A stretch of DNA of 64,000 nt from Eledone cirrhosa (taxonomy: Eukaryota), in NCBI GenBank assembly GCA_964016885.1, contig OZ024743.1:343046001-343110000 (forward strand), given 5' to 3'. Every line of letters starts with the position of its first letter. Position 1 is the stretch's first letter. Below the pieces are notes generated by a model that was given only the letters and a program-made list of their open reading frames with translations, was not told the origin of the DNA and ran no database searches. This document shows positions 61,546 through 64,000 of this stretch, one piece after another. The position numbers and the translations under genes were made by a program.

Positions 61546-62239
61546 GTTAAAGCATCGAACAAGATTCTTTTTGCATATTTTCGGGTCCTTTGCGTTCTAT
61601 CTCCGTCCAATGCAACCCGCATTTGGCCAGATAGGCCTAAAACTAACATAGTTGCTAAGACTTCATCCAATTGTAGATCGAAAACAATGTGTCCTTGAAG
61701 GATTTATACATCTAACTGGTTCAGCATAGACACTATTGCAGTATCAAAAATAGATAAACAGCATGTCTTTCATCTAGTGGCTGTAGCATGTTCATGCGAG
61801 AATCCTTAAAAGAAATAGATAGACCTCCATTGGTTTCGACTAAGAGTGTTCCATTTTTTCAATCAACGGAACAGCCTACTTGTTAAACTAATGTGTAAGT
61901 GGTTGAATATTTCAGACACGCATATTCTTTACGTAATTCTTATAGATATTCAGTGTGATGCAGTGTGTGACAAGGCTCGCCCTTTGAATTACAAACATAA
62001 TCTGTCAGACAGACCGATACCGGAATCTACTGAAGTGGGCTTTTTAACCATGTTAACATGCTGGATCTACCAAACAATTGAATGGCCATTCTTTTAAATA
62101 TGGTCGGATGTGTCGCTATGTACAGCAGCATTCTCCATAAATATAAGAACTAATGAGTCTGGGAAAAGCAAAAAAAATCATACAATCCCGGTCCCTTTAC
62201 CTACAGTTGTATGTAACTATGCCTAAATATAAAGACAGT

Positions 62240-62370
62240 TGATTTAACAAAAGCTGTTAGAGCGTTTTTATATGTTCTGGGTCTCTGCGCTCAGTTCAAA
62301 TCCTGCCGAGTACCACTTTGCGTTTTTCCCATTTGGAACCGGTAAAAAAAAAAAGTACCAACCTAGTTGT
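62240..62370 (+). mobile_element. Diverged SINE copy
   Basis: CAGTTCAAATCCTGCCGAG..CTTTGCGTTT..AAGTACCA. Confidence 0.5.
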
Positions 62371-62597
62371 TGCATCCTGAATATCTCGCTCGTTGCAGAG
62401 CAGAAGAGTCACGATGTTTTCTTTGTCTGCACACACCTACATGAGCTCTTAAAAAACTAAGCGTAAACGTACTATGTCATACTTGATTGCGAGTATGACA
62501 TTATATGTATAATTAATATTTTTAGAGGACCACTTAAAATCGTTTCCAATCTTCTCAGCCCTTATTAAAACAATTTATTTGTTGTATTTATTTTCAG

Positions 62598-62611
62598 ATA
62601 AAGAGACCTAA
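62598..62611 (+). CDS. Probable exon 3 (NKET-stop), giving a 155-aa protein
   Basis: Strong acceptor TTTATTTTCAG|, phase-1 compatible, with AATAAA at 62758-62763. Confidence 0.55.
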
Positions 62612-62757
62612 ACAGCAATTCTCAGAACATGGACACAACTCTCTGAACCTTTGAACTTCTAGTGAATGAAAACCCGGATGAATTCATTTTATCATTTTAT
62701 CATTTTTTTTTTTTTTTTTTTTTTTAAATCAGTTGTTTATAACGTATTCGGTTGTAC

Positions 62758-62763
62758 AATAAA
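62758..62763 (+). terminator. Candidate polyadenylation signal
   Basis: AATAAA about 150 nt after the predicted stop. Confidence 0.4.
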
Positions 62764-64000
62764 CTACAAGTGCCTTCTGATCATCGCGTATTACGGATAT
62801 ATTTCTTCTTCCTCGGTTACAAGCCTCATTTTCAAGCCCAATAGCTTTTTCTTATTCCGTCTCCTCTTCCATTTTTCTTCATTCATCAAATTTATTTCTT
62901 CGTCTTGTGTTTATTTTATTTTTTCTATTTATATTGCTATTTATTTGTGTGGCGGAGTGGTTAGAGAATTGGATTCGCAATTGTGAGGTTGAGTTCAATT
63001 CCTGGACCGGGCGATGTGTGTTGGGAGATCTCCCCGTCGGTGGGTAGGGTGTTAACAGGTCTGCCCAACGACAGCCAAGCAGACCTCATTGCTCACAAAA
63101 TTTTTTTTTTTTTTTTTTCTGAGTGTCTAGTTAACAAGAACCCAATTCTTTAAAATCTGTTGATTGTCGAGTCGACAGAGAAACAAACATCCATCCGAAG
63201 ACCAGTGGGTTGAATACTGTCACTGGTGCTGCACCAAAGCTGGAATAGTTAGTTCTCAACGGCACAATTCACCTAAATATAGTTCACCACTGTATCCAAT
63301 GGCAGTACTCTAAAATTGGCTGGTGTGTTTCGCTGACTTTCAGTGCTGATTTCAATTCCTTTCTTGGGTAACCCAGAGGTACTGAGGTACTACTAGGCCC
63401 ATCTATATAACCTAAATGCAGTAAGCTTGGTCCGTCTCGCAGAGACAAGGAGAAACAAAATTACTTTGTTTTATTTCAACACTATCACCGTTTTTTGATA
63501 AAGACTGTTCTTGTGCTGATAAACTATCAAAATATTCACTTTTGTAATATCTATATTTTAACTTAGAACTTCTGAAACTTCCCCTATGTCCGCCTGTTAG
63601 TTTCTATAGGGGAGGGTGTCGGATTCCGAATTCATCTTGAGAACTATGGAAATCCAACACACATACATCTCGATAACCTCTTTTATAGGATGGCAGTAGA
63701 GACGTGAAATGTCTCGAAATATTTTTTGGGCGAGTTGTAGTAACAGTTGGTGTTGGTTAGTTGTATTTGTTTAACTATAATCTTTTAGGTAGCTAGGATT
63801 ATACCACACATAAGAAATCCCCAGACGAAATGGCATTATAGCTGACTTGAAAAATCTCTACATATTTATTTTATGCATATATTCAAATAAAAACTGTAAC
63901 ATAGGTTAATGTCGTGACCAATGGTGCTAGGAGCAGATGAGGATTACTAAGAGACTGAGCTTTTAAGTATGTGTAGGATTATAATTGTACTTTATATAAT

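Noticed and set aside
62948-63020. tRNA-like A and B boxes
   Set aside because: No complete cloverleaf or acceptor stem. More likely a SINE head than a tRNA gene.

Overview
Repeat-dense eukaryotic genomic DNA. It is probably a cephalopod/octopus, inferred only from the recurring tRNA-SINE family and the huge (TA)n/(TATAC)n arrays. Positions 1-52 kb are a nest of degenerate TA microsatellite, and the long Y/I/H/M ORFs in the track are artefacts of it. Many retroelements sit in this nest: a near-full-length RTE LINE with three C2H2 fingers, two CR1/L2-group LINE fragments, further RTE fragments, a mariner relic split by an RTE, and at least six Penelope-like (GIY-YIG) elements, several with inverted pseudo-LTRs. 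The most notable signal is a set of 11 minimal type-I hammerhead ribozyme (HHR) motifs, found by eye, nearly all with palindromic loop III. Three lie in an ORF-less 466-bp tandem repeat (retrozyme-like) whose copies show a compensatory base-pair change. One has the rare U3-A8 core, and two have very long stem II insertions. Positions 54.7-62.8 kb hold one apparently intact host gene: 3 exons encoding a 155-aa secreted protein with two peritrophin-A (CBM14) chitin-binding domains. All calls were made by eye without searches, and element boundaries are approximate.
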